Shown: positions 8,231-18,245, numbered from the stretch's first letter. The stretch is DNA of 36,176 bases from Acidobacteriota bacterium (GCA_036338555.1 JAYZBY010000045.1:1-36176); one strand, 5' to 3'. Notes: generated by a model not told the origin, from the sequence alone. Numbers and translations: made by a program.

Positions 8231-9550
8231 CTAAACCTCCAGCACCAGATATCTGTCATCCCCTTCAGAGACCACTTTTCCTTCCAGAATCTGGTTAGCG
8301 GGGATCCCCGGATCTATCTTGGCCTTCAAATAGTTGCCGGAAATAGCGGTTCGCATCTGGCCTTTCGTTTCGCTTAGAGTCAGGACGGACAGCGCTTTGC
8401 CCACAAACCGGCGTCTAAATAAACGGTTTTTTTCATCCGAGATCTGCCGCAGTTCTTCGCCGCGGGACTTGGTGGTTGGGGGCTCGACCTTCAGGGACAT
8501 CTCCGAGGCGGTCGTGCCACTGCGGTCGCTATAGGGAAAAACGTGCAGATAGGTAAAGGGCATCCGAGTGACAAAGTCCACCGTTTCGCGATGATCCCGA
8601 TCGGTTTCTCCCGGAAATCCGGCAATCACATCGGTTCCAATGGCGGCATCAGGAATTCGCCGGTGGATCTCTTCAACGATTTCTCCAAAGCGGGCCGTAT
8701 TGTAGGGCCTGAGCATCTTCTTGAGAATTCGGTCGCTGCCACTTTGCAGGCAGATGTGAAAATGGGGGGCAATCTGCTGGCTGTCTGCAGCCAGAGCCGT
8801 TACGCGGCGGGAAAGCTGCATGGGCTCAACAGAGCTGAGCCGGACCCGTTCCAGTCCGGGCACAGCCATGATTCCGGTCAACAGACGGTCAAGAGAGGAG
8901 CGTGGTTTGAGGTGCATCCCGTAGGTCCCGATGTGAATTCCGGTCAAAACGACTTCCTTGAATCCTGCTGTGACCAAATCCCGGCATTGTTCGAACACCA
9001 ACTCAGGAGGAACGCTGCGGCTGGGCCCCCGGACCTGGGGAATAATGCAGTAGGTACATTTGGCGTCACAACCATCCTGGATCTTGATGAAGGGCCGAGT
9101 GCGGCCCCCGGTTTCGGTAGCCGGTATCGCCAGGATGGACCGAGCCCTGGTGAAATCATCGCGGAAAACCTCCGCCAGTTCGGCCTGGTAGAGAAGGGAA
9201 GGCTTCTCTCCTCTCCTGGTACCCAGCGCCGCAACCTGATCCTTGTGGCTGTTTCCGATAACGGCACTCACCCCTCCCAGTGCGGCCAGCGTTTCGGGAG
9301 CTCGCTGGGCATAACAGCCGGTCAGGATAATCCGCGCCTTTGGATTTTCGCGGTGCAGCTTGCGTGTCATCTGGCGAACCTGCTGATCGGAACGATGGGT
9401 TACCGTACACGAGTTCACCACAATCACATCGGCTTGTTTGGGGCCATCCGTTTCCTGGAAATCAAGGGTGAGAAACTGCTCCCGGATGGCGGCGCTGTCG
9501 GCCTGATTGGTACGACAACCAAAGGTTGCCAGGTAGAATTTCTTTGCCAT
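8231..9550 (-). CDS. mtaB: tRNA t6A37 methylthiotransferase MtaB
   Basis: TFGCRTNQ, NSCTVT, TGCYAQ, radical-SAM CDAKCTYC, HVFPYS; start re-placed at MAKKFY (track start 9610). Confidence 0.92.
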   Translation of the reverse strand: MAKKFYLATFGCRTNQADSAAIREQFLTLDFQETDGPKQADVIVVNSCTVTHRSDQQVRQMTRKLHRENPKARIILTGCYAQRAPETLAALGGVSAVIGNSHKDQVAALGTRRGEKPSLLYQAELAEVFRDDFTRARSILAIPATETGGRTRPFIKIQDGCDAKCTYCIIPQVRGPSRSVPPELVFEQCRDLVTAGFKEVVLTGIHIGTYGMHLKPRSSLDRLLTGIMAVPGLERVRLSSVEPMQLSRRVTALAADSQQIAPHFHICLQSGSDRILKKMLRPYNTARFGEIVEEIHRRIPDAAIGTDVIAGFPGETDRDHRETVDFVTRMPFTYLHVFPYSDRSGTTASEMSLKVEPPTTKSRGEELRQISDEKNRLFRRRFVGKALSVLTLSETKGQMRTAISGNYLKAKIDPGIPANQILEGKVVSEGDDRYLVLEV

Positions 9551-9685
9551 TTTTCCGCGCCCAATGCCCCAACCAAGGGGGCTATTCCTTTTCACACTCA
9601 GCTGATACATTCTATCTTAGTGCCTCGCCTCATAGATACAATGATGTTTACTGATGGGTCTTGTGAGGTGAGGTCAAGGAGTTTT

Positions 9686-9870
9686 TAGCCCGGATTTTGT
9701 ATAGGTTGTCGTAACGAAGGGCCGCAATCATCCGTGCTGACTGCGTTGTGCTTCCTTGGGCTCCTCGGCGTACTGCGTGAGTGCGCCTGCGGGGCCCTGC
9801 GTCGCACGCCTTGTCATCGCGGTGGCGGCGAGCCACAAACGTCACCGCATATATGGAACGAGGCATCTAG
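9686..9870. mobile_element. MITE-like palindromic element, diverged copy of 34947-35174 in opposite orientation
   Basis: starts TAGCCCGGA; core 9737-9816 is the reverse-complement homolog of 35021-35099; central hairpin GGCGTACT/AGTGCGCC. Confidence 0.65.
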
Positions 9871-9871
9871 C

Positions 9872-10651
9872 ATGAAAATAACTGTTCTGGGGAGTGGGAG
9901 CGGCGGCAACTGCACTTGCATTGTCACGAAAAATACCTGCGTCCTGGTCGATCTCGGCTTTGGCTGGCGCAGTCTGAGCAGACGGCTTAACGAGGCCGGG
10001 CTTCACAACCAGCATATCGATGCAGTTCTTCTCACCCACGGCCACTCGGATCATACCAAGGGCATTGCCTCTTTCCGATCCCGTTCCGCCGCACCCATTT
10101 TTGCCAATCGAGGAACTCAAGGAGAAGTTGCAGCACTGGGGGACATGGATGGCAAGGAAAGCTTTTGCTCCTACTCGCCGTTTGTCATTGGTGATCTGGA
10201 GATCGAAGCCTTCCCGGTGTCCCACGATGCCGCTGAGCCGGTCGGCTTTCGCTTTTCAGCCGGGGGCATTGACGGTGCGCTGGCCACCGACCTGGGCGAA
10301 CTCAGCCACCAGGTTGCGGCCAAGCTCCGGGGTTGTGATTGGCTGATCCTGGAGTCCAACCATGACGAGCAAATGCTGAAAATCGGGCCCTACCCCTGGG
10401 ACGTCAAGCAACGCGTGATGAGCCGCCTTGGGCACCTCTCCAACCAGGAGCTTTCCGGCTTCCTCACCGGTCACTTCGACGGCCAAGCTTCTCATATCCT
10501 GCTTGCCCATCTGAGCCGTCAAAACAACCTTCCCGAAGTGGCCCTCGAGCACGCCTCCCAGGCGCTTTCCCTGCAATCTCCGCGGTCGGCCGAAGACCCT
10601 CAATTGCACCTGACCTATCAGAACAAGCCCTCCGTGGTTCTAAACTTTTAA
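9872..10651 (+). CDS. metallo-beta-lactamase-fold hydrolase (YycJ/WalJ-like)
   Basis: LGSGSGGN, THGHSDH, SHDA, TDLG, LESNHD, GHLSN, LAHLS..NN; start re-placed from 9734. Confidence 0.88.
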   Translation: MKITVLGSGSGGNCTCIVTKNTCVLVDLGFGWRSLSRRLNEAGLHNQHIDAVLLTHGHSDHTKGIASFRSRSAAPIFANRGTQGEVAALGDMDGKESFCSYSPFVIGDLEIEAFPVSHDAAEPVGFRFSAGGIDGALATDLGELSHQVAAKLRGCDWLILESNHDEQMLKIGPYPWDVKQRVMSRLGHLSNQELSGFLTGHFDGQASHILLAHLSRQNNLPEVALEHASQALSLQSPRSAEDPQLHLTYQNKPSVVLNF

Positions 10652-10679
10652 TAAATCGGTCCATCCTTAGCGTGTGCAC

Positions 10680-10710
10680 TTGACTCGACGGGTCGAACCC
10701 TCCATATTCT
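10680..10710 (+). promoter_or_regulatory. putative leaderless sigma70 promoter of purB-pncB-peptidase
   Basis: TTGACT-N19-TATTCT, 7 nt before ATG 10718; spacer is unusually long. Confidence 0.45.
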
Positions 10711-10717
10711 TTAACTG

Positions 10718-12013
10718 ATGATCCCTCGATACACACTGCCCGAAATGGAACAGATCTGGTCGGACGAGAACAAATTTCGAACCTGGCTCGAGGTCGAGAT
10801 CGCCGTCTGTGAAGTCTTGGCAGAAATGGGAGAAATTCCCGAAGACGCGCTCAAGGAGATCCAGCAAAAAGCGGATTTCTCGGTCGAGCGCATTCAGGAG
10901 ATCGAGGCCCTCACCCGTCATGACGTGATCGCCTTCACCACGGCGGTCGCCGAGAAGGTCGGCCCGGCGTCGCGCTTTATCCACTTCGGATTGACCTCAA
11001 CCGATGTGGTTGACACGGCTCAGGCCCTGCAGATCCGGGAGGCGTCCCAGCTCATTGAGGCGGGACTCGTCGAACTGCTCTCTATATTGAAGTCACAAGC
11101 CCTGCGCTACAAGGATCTCCCCATGATCGGCCGTACCCACGGCATTCATGCCGAGCCGGTCACCTTTGGCCTGAAGCTGGCGGTCTGGTACTCGGAAATG
11201 GAACGCAACCTCGAGCGTTTTCGACGGGCTCGAAAGGGCCTGGAAGTTGGCAAGATCAGCGGACCCGTGGGTTCGTTTTCTCATCTCCCTCCCCAGGTTG
11301 AAGAAAAAGTCTGCGAGAAATTGGGAATCGATTTCGCTCGGGCCTCCACCCAGACCCTGCAACGCGACCGTCACGCCGAGTACCTGTGCACTCTGGCCAT
11401 CCTGGGGGGAACCTACGACAAGATGGCCACGGAAATCCGTCATCTTCTGAGAACCGAAGTTCAGGAGGCCAGCGAGCCTTTTGGAGCCCAACAAAAGGGC
11501 AGTTCCGCCATGCCCCACAAGAAAAATCCGATCACCTGTGAGCAAATTAGCGGTTTGGCCCGCGTGCTTCGCAGCAACGCTCAGGTTGCACTGGAAAACA
11601 TGCCCCTGTGGCACGAAAGGGACATCTCGCACTCCTCGGCGGAAAGGGTGATTCTTCCGGACAGCACCACCTTGACCCACTATCTGACCCAAAGGCTGGC
11701 TGCCATCCTGAAGGATCTGGTCGTTCATGAATCCCGGATGACAGCCAACCTCAATCTCACCCGGGGCCTGATTTTCTCGGGGAGCCTGCTGCTCGAGCTA
11801 GTTCGAAAGGGTGTCCTGCGGGAGGAAGCCTATTCCTGGGTTCAGCGCAACGCCTTGCGAGTGTCGGACGAAGCAACAGACTTCGAAACTCTAATCACCA
11901 AAGATCCGGACATTACCACCCACCTTACCTCGAGCGAAATCCAGGACATTTTCAACGTTCAAAACCGACTCCAGCACATTGATGCCGTGTTTGAACGAGT
12001 CTTTGGGTCTTGA
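10718..12013 (+). CDS. purB: adenylosuccinate lyase
   Basis: MIPRY, TRHDVIAF, GRTHGIHAEP, GSSAMPHKKNP, HERDISHSSAER. Confidence 0.97.
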   Translation: MIPRYTLPEMEQIWSDENKFRTWLEVEIAVCEVLAEMGEIPEDALKEIQQKADFSVERIQEIEALTRHDVIAFTTAVAEKVGPASRFIHFGLTSTDVVDTAQALQIREASQLIEAGLVELLSILKSQALRYKDLPMIGRTHGIHAEPVTFGLKLAVWYSEMERNLERFRRARKGLEVGKISGPVGSFSHLPPQVEEKVCEKLGIDFARASTQTLQRDRHAEYLCTLAILGGTYDKMATEIRHLLRTEVQEASEPFGAQQKGSSAMPHKKNPITCEQISGLARVLRSNAQVALENMPLWHERDISHSSAERVILPDSTTLTHYLTQRLAAILKDLVVHESRMTANLNLTRGLIFSGSLLLELVRKGVLREEAYSWVQRNALRVSDEATDFETLITKDPDITTHLTSSEIQDIFNVQNRLQHIDAVFERVFGS

Positions 12014-13383
12014 TGAAGCCGGCTTCACTCTTTCCCTCCGAAGAGACCCTGGCCATCAATACCGACCTGTACGAACTGACCATGGCCGCGGCCTACTTCA
12101 AGGCCGGGCGGATAGAAGATCGAGTTACTTTCGAGCTGTTCACCCGGCGACTGCCGGCCGCTCGGAGTTTTCTGGTCGCCGCAGGTCTGGAGCAGGCTTT
12201 GCACTTTATTGAAAATCTGCACTTCAATGATCAAGCCCTGCAATATCTGAGGGGGTTGGAGGTTTTCGAGTCGATTGAGGATGCCTTCTTTGACTATCTG
12301 GGCAGCCTGAAATTCAGCGGTGAGCTCAAGGCCTTGCCCGAGGGGACGGTCTTTTTCCCAAATGAACCCATCCTGCAAATCACAGCCCCCATCATCGAAG
12401 CTCAGATCTTGGAAACCTATCTGATCAACTCCATCAATTTTCAGACCATGGTGGCCTCCAAGGCGGCTCGGATCTGCCTGGCGGCACAAGGCAAGCCGGT
12501 GATTGATTTTGGGACTCGCCGAGCCCACAGTCCCCAGGCCGGCGTGCTGGCGGCCCGGGCGGCCTTCATCGGAGGCTGTGAAGGCACCAGCAACGTTCTG
12601 GCCGGCTACCGGATGGACATCCCCGTTTTCGGAACCATGGCCCATTCCTTCGTTCAGTTCTTCGACCAGGAAACTGAAGCCTTCGAGCGCTTCCAAGAAG
12701 CTTTTCCTCAAGGAACGACGTTTCTAGTCGACACCTACGACACCCTGGCAGGAGTGCGGAAGGTGTTGGATCTTGCAGGCGAGATGGCCGCCGTCCGCCT
12801 TGACAGCGGCGACCTGCACCACTTGGCCCTCGAGACCCGAAGACTACTGGATGAAGGCAATCGCTCCGAAGTCCGAATCTTCGCCAGTGGAGATCTTGAT
12901 GAAGAAAAAATTCAGGACCTTGCCGACGCCCCGATTGACGGCTTCGGCGTCGGCACCAATCTGGTGGTTTCCGCCGATTCCCCCAGCTGCAATCTGGTCT
13001 ATAAACTGGTGGAAGTGACTCGAGAGTGTATCGTTTCTCCGAAGATGAAAACCAGCCCGGGCAAGGCGACGCTGCCCCATCGAAAGCAGATCCACCGCCT
13101 GATCCGTGAGGGGAGCTTCTCAAGCGATCTACTCTGTACCAGCCGTGAGACGCCTCCCAAAAGGAACGGCGAGACTCTCCCGCTTTTGAAAGGCTACCTC
13201 AAGGGCGGCCAGCTTGTCCGTGAGTTGCCCGACCTTTTACAAATCCGGAAATTGGCCGGCGAACAGCTTCAGCAACTGCCTGCATCCCTGAAGGTTCTTC
13301 AGGCCGAGGAGGTCTATCCAGTAGAGTACAGCCCTCGCTTGCAACGCATTCAGAGAAAGCATGAGGAGAATTCCGCCTTATGA
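12013..13383 (+). CDS. pncB: nicotinate phosphoribosyltransferase
   Basis: TDLYELTM, DFGTRRAH, GTMAHS, LVDTYDT, VRLDSGD, GFGVGT; TGATG overlap with purB. Confidence 0.95.
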   Translation: MKPASLFPSEETLAINTDLYELTMAAAYFKAGRIEDRVTFELFTRRLPAARSFLVAAGLEQALHFIENLHFNDQALQYLRGLEVFESIEDAFFDYLGSLKFSGELKALPEGTVFFPNEPILQITAPIIEAQILETYLINSINFQTMVASKAARICLAAQGKPVIDFGTRRAHSPQAGVLAARAAFIGGCEGTSNVLAGYRMDIPVFGTMAHSFVQFFDQETEAFERFQEAFPQGTTFLVDTYDTLAGVRKVLDLAGEMAAVRLDSGDLHHLALETRRLLDEGNRSEVRIFASGDLDEEKIQDLADAPIDGFGVGTNLVVSADSPSCNLVYKLVEVTRECIVSPKMKTSPGKATLPHRKQIHRLIREGSFSSDLLCTSRETPPKRNGETLPLLKGYLKGGQLVRELPDLLQIRKLAGEQLQQLPASLKVLQAEEVYPVEYSPRLQRIQRKHEENSAL

Positions 13384-14753
13384 AGGAAGTCATCGAATAT
13401 ATCGAACAGAATGCTGAGCGATATCTGGAGGAACTGAATGAGTTCTTGAAAATCCCCAGCGTCAGCACCGATCCAGAATGCAAAAAGGACGTGACCGAGG
13501 CCGCCGAATTCGTTGGCGGGCAACTCCACGCGGCGGGAATGGAAAAGGTGGAGATTTTCCCCACCAAAGGGCATCCCATCGTTTTTGGCGAGCGGGCGGG
13601 CGGGCCGGACCACCCCACTCTCTTGGTCTATGGCCATTATGACGTTCAGCCGGTGGATCCCATCGAGCTGTGGGAGTCCGGACCTTTTGAGCCCACCGTT
13701 CGCCAGGGAGAACTCTACGCCCGCGGTGCTGCTGACGATAAGGGCCAGGTGTTCATCCACTTCAAGAGTGCCGAGGCGTTCGTGAATACCGGAGGCCAGA
13801 TTCCCGTCAACATCAAATTCTTGATCGAGGGAGAAGAAGAAATCGGTAGCCCTCACCTGGACCCCTTCATTGAAGAAAATCAGAAGCTGCTCGAGGCCGA
13901 CGTGGTGATGGTCTCCGACACTGCCATGTTTGCACGTGGAGTCCCTTCGATTTGTTACGCCCTTCGAGGGCTGATTTATTTTCAGGTGGACCTGGAAGGA
14001 GCATCGACCGACCTGCACTCCGGATCCTTTGGAGGCGTGGTGGTTAATCCCGCCTTTGAGCTGTCCAGAATTCTGGCTCAGATGAAGGATGAGACCGGCA
14101 GGATCACCATACCTAATTTCTACGACCCGGTTCGTGACTTAAGCGATCGGGAGCGCCAGGAATTTGCTCGCCTGCCTTTTGACGAAGCGGCTTACAGGAA
14201 AGACATCGGCATCCGGGAGTTCTCCGGCGAGGAAGGCTACTCTCCCCTCGAGCAACTCTGGACGCGGCCCACCTTTGAGGTGAACGGGCTCTCCAGCGGC
14301 TTCCGCGGGGAAGGGGCCAAGACCGTCCTTCCGGCTCGGGCCATGGCCAAGGTCAGCATGAGGCTGGTTCCCGATCAGGATCCCGACCAGATCGCTGATC
14401 GGTTTGAGGATCATGTGCGCCGACTGGCCCCTTCTTCGGTGAATTTGAAAATCACCCGAATGCACGGAGGTAAGCCCTGGATTGCCTCATTGGAACATCC
14501 TGCCCTGGTCGCCACCGCTCGAGCCATCAAAAAGGGGTTTGGTAAAGAGCCTGTTTTCCAACGCGAAGGGGGATCCATACCGGTCGTGGCCACCTTCGCG
14601 GAGCTGATGAAGATCCCCAGCGTCCTGATGGGCATTGGCCTGCCCGATGAAAACGCCCACGCTCCAAATGAAAGGCTCAACCTGGATAACTTCCATGGCG
14701 GGATCAGGAGTTCCGCCTACTTTCTGGATGAGCTTTCTCGATCGGGGCTGTGA
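13380..14753 (+). CDS. M20-family metallodipeptidase
   Basis: YGHYDVQP, ARGAADDKG, EGEEE, DLHSG, GGSIP, HAPNE; ATGA overlap with pncB. Confidence 0.9.
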   Translation: MKEVIEYIEQNAERYLEELNEFLKIPSVSTDPECKKDVTEAAEFVGGQLHAAGMEKVEIFPTKGHPIVFGERAGGPDHPTLLVYGHYDVQPVDPIELWESGPFEPTVRQGELYARGAADDKGQVFIHFKSAEAFVNTGGQIPVNIKFLIEGEEEIGSPHLDPFIEENQKLLEADVVMVSDTAMFARGVPSICYALRGLIYFQVDLEGASTDLHSGSFGGVVVNPAFELSRILAQMKDETGRITIPNFYDPVRDLSDRERQEFARLPFDEAAYRKDIGIREFSGEEGYSPLEQLWTRPTFEVNGLSSGFRGEGAKTVLPARAMAKVSMRLVPDQDPDQIADRFEDHVRRLAPSSVNLKITRMHGGKPWIASLEHPALVATARAIKKGFGKEPVFQREGGSIPVVATFAELMKIPSVLMGIGLPDENAHAPNERLNLDNFHGGIRSSAYFLDELSRSGL

Positions 14754-14801
14754 ACTCTGCGAGGTGGTGCGGTCGTGTTTTCGTGCTTTTGTAAGGGATT
14801 A

Positions 14802-14902
14802 CGAGCGACTCTCCGGAGTCGGCGCACTGAAGCGCCTCCCACACTCCGGAAAACTGGAATGTGGAACCTGGAACGTGCAAAGCGCGGGTCGAAGACCAGC
14901 GG
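14802..14902 (-). repeat. composite repeat: hairpin + GTTCCAS heptamers + REP-A + partial REP-B
   Basis: reverse complement reads CCGCTGGTCTTCGACCCGCGC...ACGTTCCAGGTTCCACATTCCAG...CCGGAGTGTGGGAGGCGCTTCAGTGCGCCGACTCCGG; collinear with 20323-20419. Confidence 0.88.
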
Positions 14903-14914
14903 CCGGGAAGGCGC

Positions 14915-15916
14915 CTACCCTACATCATACTGTCGGAACTTGACGCCAGACTCCTGCAACAAATGAAAGGATGTTTCATTCAGGGGGTAGTCCTGGTTGT
15001 ACACCACTTCCACAATGCCTGCATTGATGATCATCTTGGTACAGGTTAGGCACGGCGCGAAGGTGGTATACAGCACCCCGTCTTTGACGCTTACCCCATG
15101 GTAAGCAGCCTGGATGATTGCATTTTCCTCGCCGTGAGAACAGAGGCATTCCTCCAGACGAGTTCCGCTGTCCGCCAGATCATTGCAACGCGGGCAACCT
15201 CCCTCAAAGCAGTTCCTGGTTCCTCGGGGCGTTCCATTATAGCCGGTGGAAATCACCCTTTTATCTCGAACGATGACGGCGGCAACCTTTCGCTTCACGC
15301 AATTGCTCCTCAGGGACGCCACCATGGCCAGCTTCATGAAATATTCGTCCCAATCGGGCCGCTCGACCTGGCGTATCAAGCGCTTCAATAAATCGGAAAG
15401 CTGATCCTGCAGTTGACCCAGAGATCCGTTATTGCTGATGGTGAAATCAGCAATCTCCTCAACCGCCACCAGCTGTTGGCCATGCCAATCTACAGAGGCC
15501 TCTTCACGGCTCTCCAGCTCCATGAACTCCTCGACGGTGGTTGTATCCCTCTCACGCCCTCGGTCTCGAACACGTTGGAAGCGCACCTCCGGGGTGGCGT
15601 CAACCAAAAGGAGGCGGAAGTCGGGACGAAGCCTGAACGCCTTCACTTCATCCGGGTGCCGAAATGAATCGATGACATAGTTTTTGTCAGCTTCGATTTT
15701 GTCCAGAACTCGCTCCGCCAGCACACCTGTTCCACCCTGAGAACGCAGCTCGGTGCCCACTTCGATTAGCCGTTCCCGGGTGATCTCCATTCCCCGCACC
15801 CTGACCTCTTCGCGAATCACATCCGACAAGGAATAGGGATAAAAACTCTTGTACTGGAGAAACTTGACCGCCTCTCCTTTCCCTGATCCATTGCGGCCCG
15901 TCAAACCGATAATCAT
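14915..15916 (-). CDS. P-loop kinase-like domain fused to dCMP deaminase
   Basis: Walker A GLTGRNGSGKG, VIDSFRHPDEV; RPDWDEYFM, GYNGTP, HGE and PCLTC zinc motifs; start re-placed from 15934. Confidence 0.88.
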   Translation of the reverse strand: MIIGLTGRNGSGKGEAVKFLQYKSFYPYSLSDVIREEVRVRGMEITRERLIEVGTELRSQGGTGVLAERVLDKIEADKNYVIDSFRHPDEVKAFRLRPDFRLLLVDATPEVRFQRVRDRGRERDTTTVEEFMELESREEASVDWHGQQLVAVEEIADFTISNNGSLGQLQDQLSDLLKRLIRQVERPDWDEYFMKLAMVASLRSNCVKRKVAAVIVRDKRVISTGYNGTPRGTRNCFEGGCPRCNDLADSGTRLEECLCSHGEENAIIQAAYHGVSVKDGVLYTTFAPCLTCTKMIINAGIVEVVYNQDYPLNETSFHLLQESGVKFRQYDVG

Positions 15917-15937
15917 GGCTCTTTTATAACACAATCA

Positions 15938-16019
15938 TAGGCTGGATCTTTCAGAGGCTCTCGTCGCGAAGCGCTGAGGCCTTCATCTGAGCCAGCCGAA
16001 GCAAGCGCGTAGGGTCGGC
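15938..16019 (+). mobile_element. partial (left-arm) copy of the palindromic element
   Basis: CTCGTCGCGA, GCCTTCATCTGAG and AGGGTCGGC in the same order as in 34969-35019. Confidence 0.6.
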
Positions 16020-16070
16020 GTTCGGCTCTACCGGCCTGAAACCCTGAGGTCAACCCGGGTTCTCCATCCC

Positions 16071-16097
16071 GGTCAGGGGTCAGTGGTCAGGGGTTAG
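16071..16097 (-). repeat. ACCCCTG-type heptamer repeat
   Basis: GGTCAGGGGTCAGTGGTCAGGGGTTAG directly after the acs stop. Confidence 0.85.
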
Positions 16098-16098
16098 C

Positions 16099-18132
16099 CT
16101 ATTCCCCCTGCACCATTTGGCGGATGGCCTCGACCACCTCCGGATTGGCCAGAGTCGTTACATCACCCACATCCGTTTTGTTGGAAATCGCAGCCAGGAC
16201 GCGGCGCATAATTTTGCCCGAGCGGGTCTTGGGCATATCGGGAACGATGTAAACATGCTTCGGTCGGGCGATCTTGCCGATTTCCCTTTCGATCACCTTG
16301 ATCACTGCCTGTTCGATCTCCTCGGAGGCTTCATGCCCGGGCTGCAACGATATATATATATCGGGCACCTTACCCTTCACTTCATCCGCCATCGGAACCA
16401 CCGAAGCCTCGGCTACCTCAGGAACGGTAAGACAAGCGGATTCCAGCTCCTTGGTCCCCAGTCGATGCCCGGCCACGTTGATCACATCGTCGATCCGGCC
16501 CAGGATTCGAAAGTATCCATCCTCTGACTGGGTGGCAGCATCGCCCGTGAAATAGGGCCAATCTCGCCAATCCTTGCTGTTTTTATCTTTACAGTACTTT
16601 TCGTAGTAATTAAGGACGTAACGGTCGCGATCCCCCCAGATAGTCTGAAACCCTCCCGGCCAGGGGTTCCGGATGCAGATATTTCCGGCGGTTCCGCTTC
16701 CCCCTAGAACTTCCTTCCCTTCTTCATCATAAATGACCGGATGAATGCCGGGCATGCTGGGTCCCGCGCTTCCCGGTTTCATGGGATGCAACGCGGGCAT
16801 GGTACTGCACAAGAATCCTCCCGTCTCGGTTTGCCACCAAGTATCGACAATGGCAGCTTCACCCTTGCCGACCCGTTCGTGGTACCACCTCCACACTTCC
16901 GGCTCGATCGGCTCGCCCACCGTCGTCATGTGCTTGAAGTGGTAGTTGTACTTCTGGGGCTCATCGGGACCCGCTTTTCGCAACATCCGGATGGTGGTGG
17001 GAGCAGTGTGGAAGATGTTCACATCGAGCCGCTCGGCGATTCTCCAGGCCCGACCGGCGTCAGGATAGGTCGGCACCCCTTCAAACAGAACACCCGTTGC
17101 AGCCAGGGCCAGCGGTCCGTAAACGATGTAGGAATGCCCCGTGATCCAGCCGATATCCGCCATACACCAGTAGACATCCTCCGGGTGGATGTCCTGAACG
17201 TACTTTGAGGTTCCGGTCACATAGGCGAGGTAGCCCCCGATGCCGTGGAGACAACCTTTGGGTTTGCCGGTGGTCCCACTGGTGTACATGATGAAAAGGG
17301 GATCCTCGGCGGGCAAGGAAACAGGCTCCACTCGACTGCCCCGGTAATCCTTGAGGAGGTCATCCACGAAATAGTCGCGCCCCTGGACCATGGGCTTCTC
17401 GGAAACATCCGTCCCGGGATAGCGCCTCCAGACCAGGACCTTGTCGACTTGCTGGCCATGCTTGGCGGCGACGTCAACGGCAATATCCGCATTTTGCTTG
17501 TGGTCCAGAAGCTTGCCGCCCCGATGGTAGCCATCGCTGGTGATCAGGACGCGACTTCCGGAATCCGCAATCCTCTCACCACAGGCCGTCCCACTAAACC
17601 CACCGTACACCTCGGAGTGGATCACCCCCAGCCGGGCGCAGGCCAACATGGTGATGGGAAGTTCCGGAACCATGGGCATGTGCAGGGTGACGCGGTCACC
17701 CGCCTTCAGTCCCGCAAATTTCTGGAGCAACGCCGCCAGCTCATTAACCCGGACATACAGTTCCTGAAAGGTGATCGTGACATGAGGCTCATCTTCCGGC
17801 TCGGGCACATAAAGGAAGGCCGCCTTGTTCTTGTACTGATCCAGGTGCCGGTCCACGCAATTGAAACAGGCATTGATCCTGCCTCCCACAAACCACTTCC
17901 AGCAGGGTGCGTCACTGGTATCCAGGGTGGTGTCCCACCGCTGGTACCAGGTCAGCAGATCCGCATACTCCTTGAAGCAATCCGGGAAATGATCCAGGCT
18001 CATCCGGTCATAAATTTCCGGATCATTCATATTGGCCTGGGCGATGAATTTTTTGGGCGGGTGAAAGTACTCCTCTTCTTTCCAGTGAACCGCAATTTCC
18101 GCTTCGCTGACCCCTGTTTCCTTATCACTCAT
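16099..18132 (-). CDS. acs: acetyl-CoA synthetase (AMP-forming)
   Basis: YTSGTTGKPKG, ADIGWITGHSY, DTWWQTETGG, PKTRSGKIMRR; GAAAGGA ribosome-binding site. Confidence 0.96.
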   Translation of the reverse strand: MSDKETGVSEAEIAVHWKEEEYFHPPKKFIAQANMNDPEIYDRMSLDHFPDCFKEYADLLTWYQRWDTTLDTSDAPCWKWFVGGRINACFNCVDRHLDQYKNKAAFLYVPEPEDEPHVTITFQELYVRVNELAALLQKFAGLKAGDRVTLHMPMVPELPITMLACARLGVIHSEVYGGFSGTACGERIADSGSRVLITSDGYHRGGKLLDHKQNADIAVDVAAKHGQQVDKVLVWRRYPGTDVSEKPMVQGRDYFVDDLLKDYRGSRVEPVSLPAEDPLFIMYTSGTTGKPKGCLHGIGGYLAYVTGTSKYVQDIHPEDVYWCMADIGWITGHSYIVYGPLALAATGVLFEGVPTYPDAGRAWRIAERLDVNIFHTAPTTIRMLRKAGPDEPQKYNYHFKHMTTVGEPIEPEVWRWYHERVGKGEAAIVDTWWQTETGGFLCSTMPALHPMKPGSAGPSMPGIHPVIYDEEGKEVLGGSGTAGNICIRNPWPGGFQTIWGDRDRYVLNYYEKYCKDKNSKDWRDWPYFTGDAATQSEDGYFRILGRIDDVINVAGHRLGTKELESACLTVPEVAEASVVPMADEVKGKVPDIYISLQPGHEASEEIEQAVIKVIEREIGKIARPKHVYIVPDMPKTRSGKIMRRVLAAISNKTDVGDVTTLANPEVVEAIRQMVQGE

Positions 18133-18175
18133 ACGACATCCTTTCCAGGCTCCCGGTGGGGCCTACCTTGGTTCC

Positions 18176-18236
18176 CCTTGTCAGGGCGGGGTTCTCTTCG
18201 TTCCTCAGATAAAGGCCTCTCTGCTTCGCGGCAAGG
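18176..18236 (-). mobile_element. partial arm copy of the palindromic element in the acs leader region
   Basis: reverse complement CGCGAAGCAG...GCCTTTATCTGAGGAACGAAGA...CCTGACAAGG matches 34974-35028. Confidence 0.65.
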
Positions 18237-18245
18237 ACCCATGCA

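Noticed and set aside
8543-9688. 381-aa + strand ORF (likewise 4536-5438, 21649-22752, 3398-4225)
   Set aside because: Antisense to well-supported genes; long shadow frames are expected with GC-rich codon bias.
9734-9871. 46-aa N-terminal extension of the MBL hydrolase
   Set aside because: Lies inside the palindromic element; family homology begins at ATG 9872.
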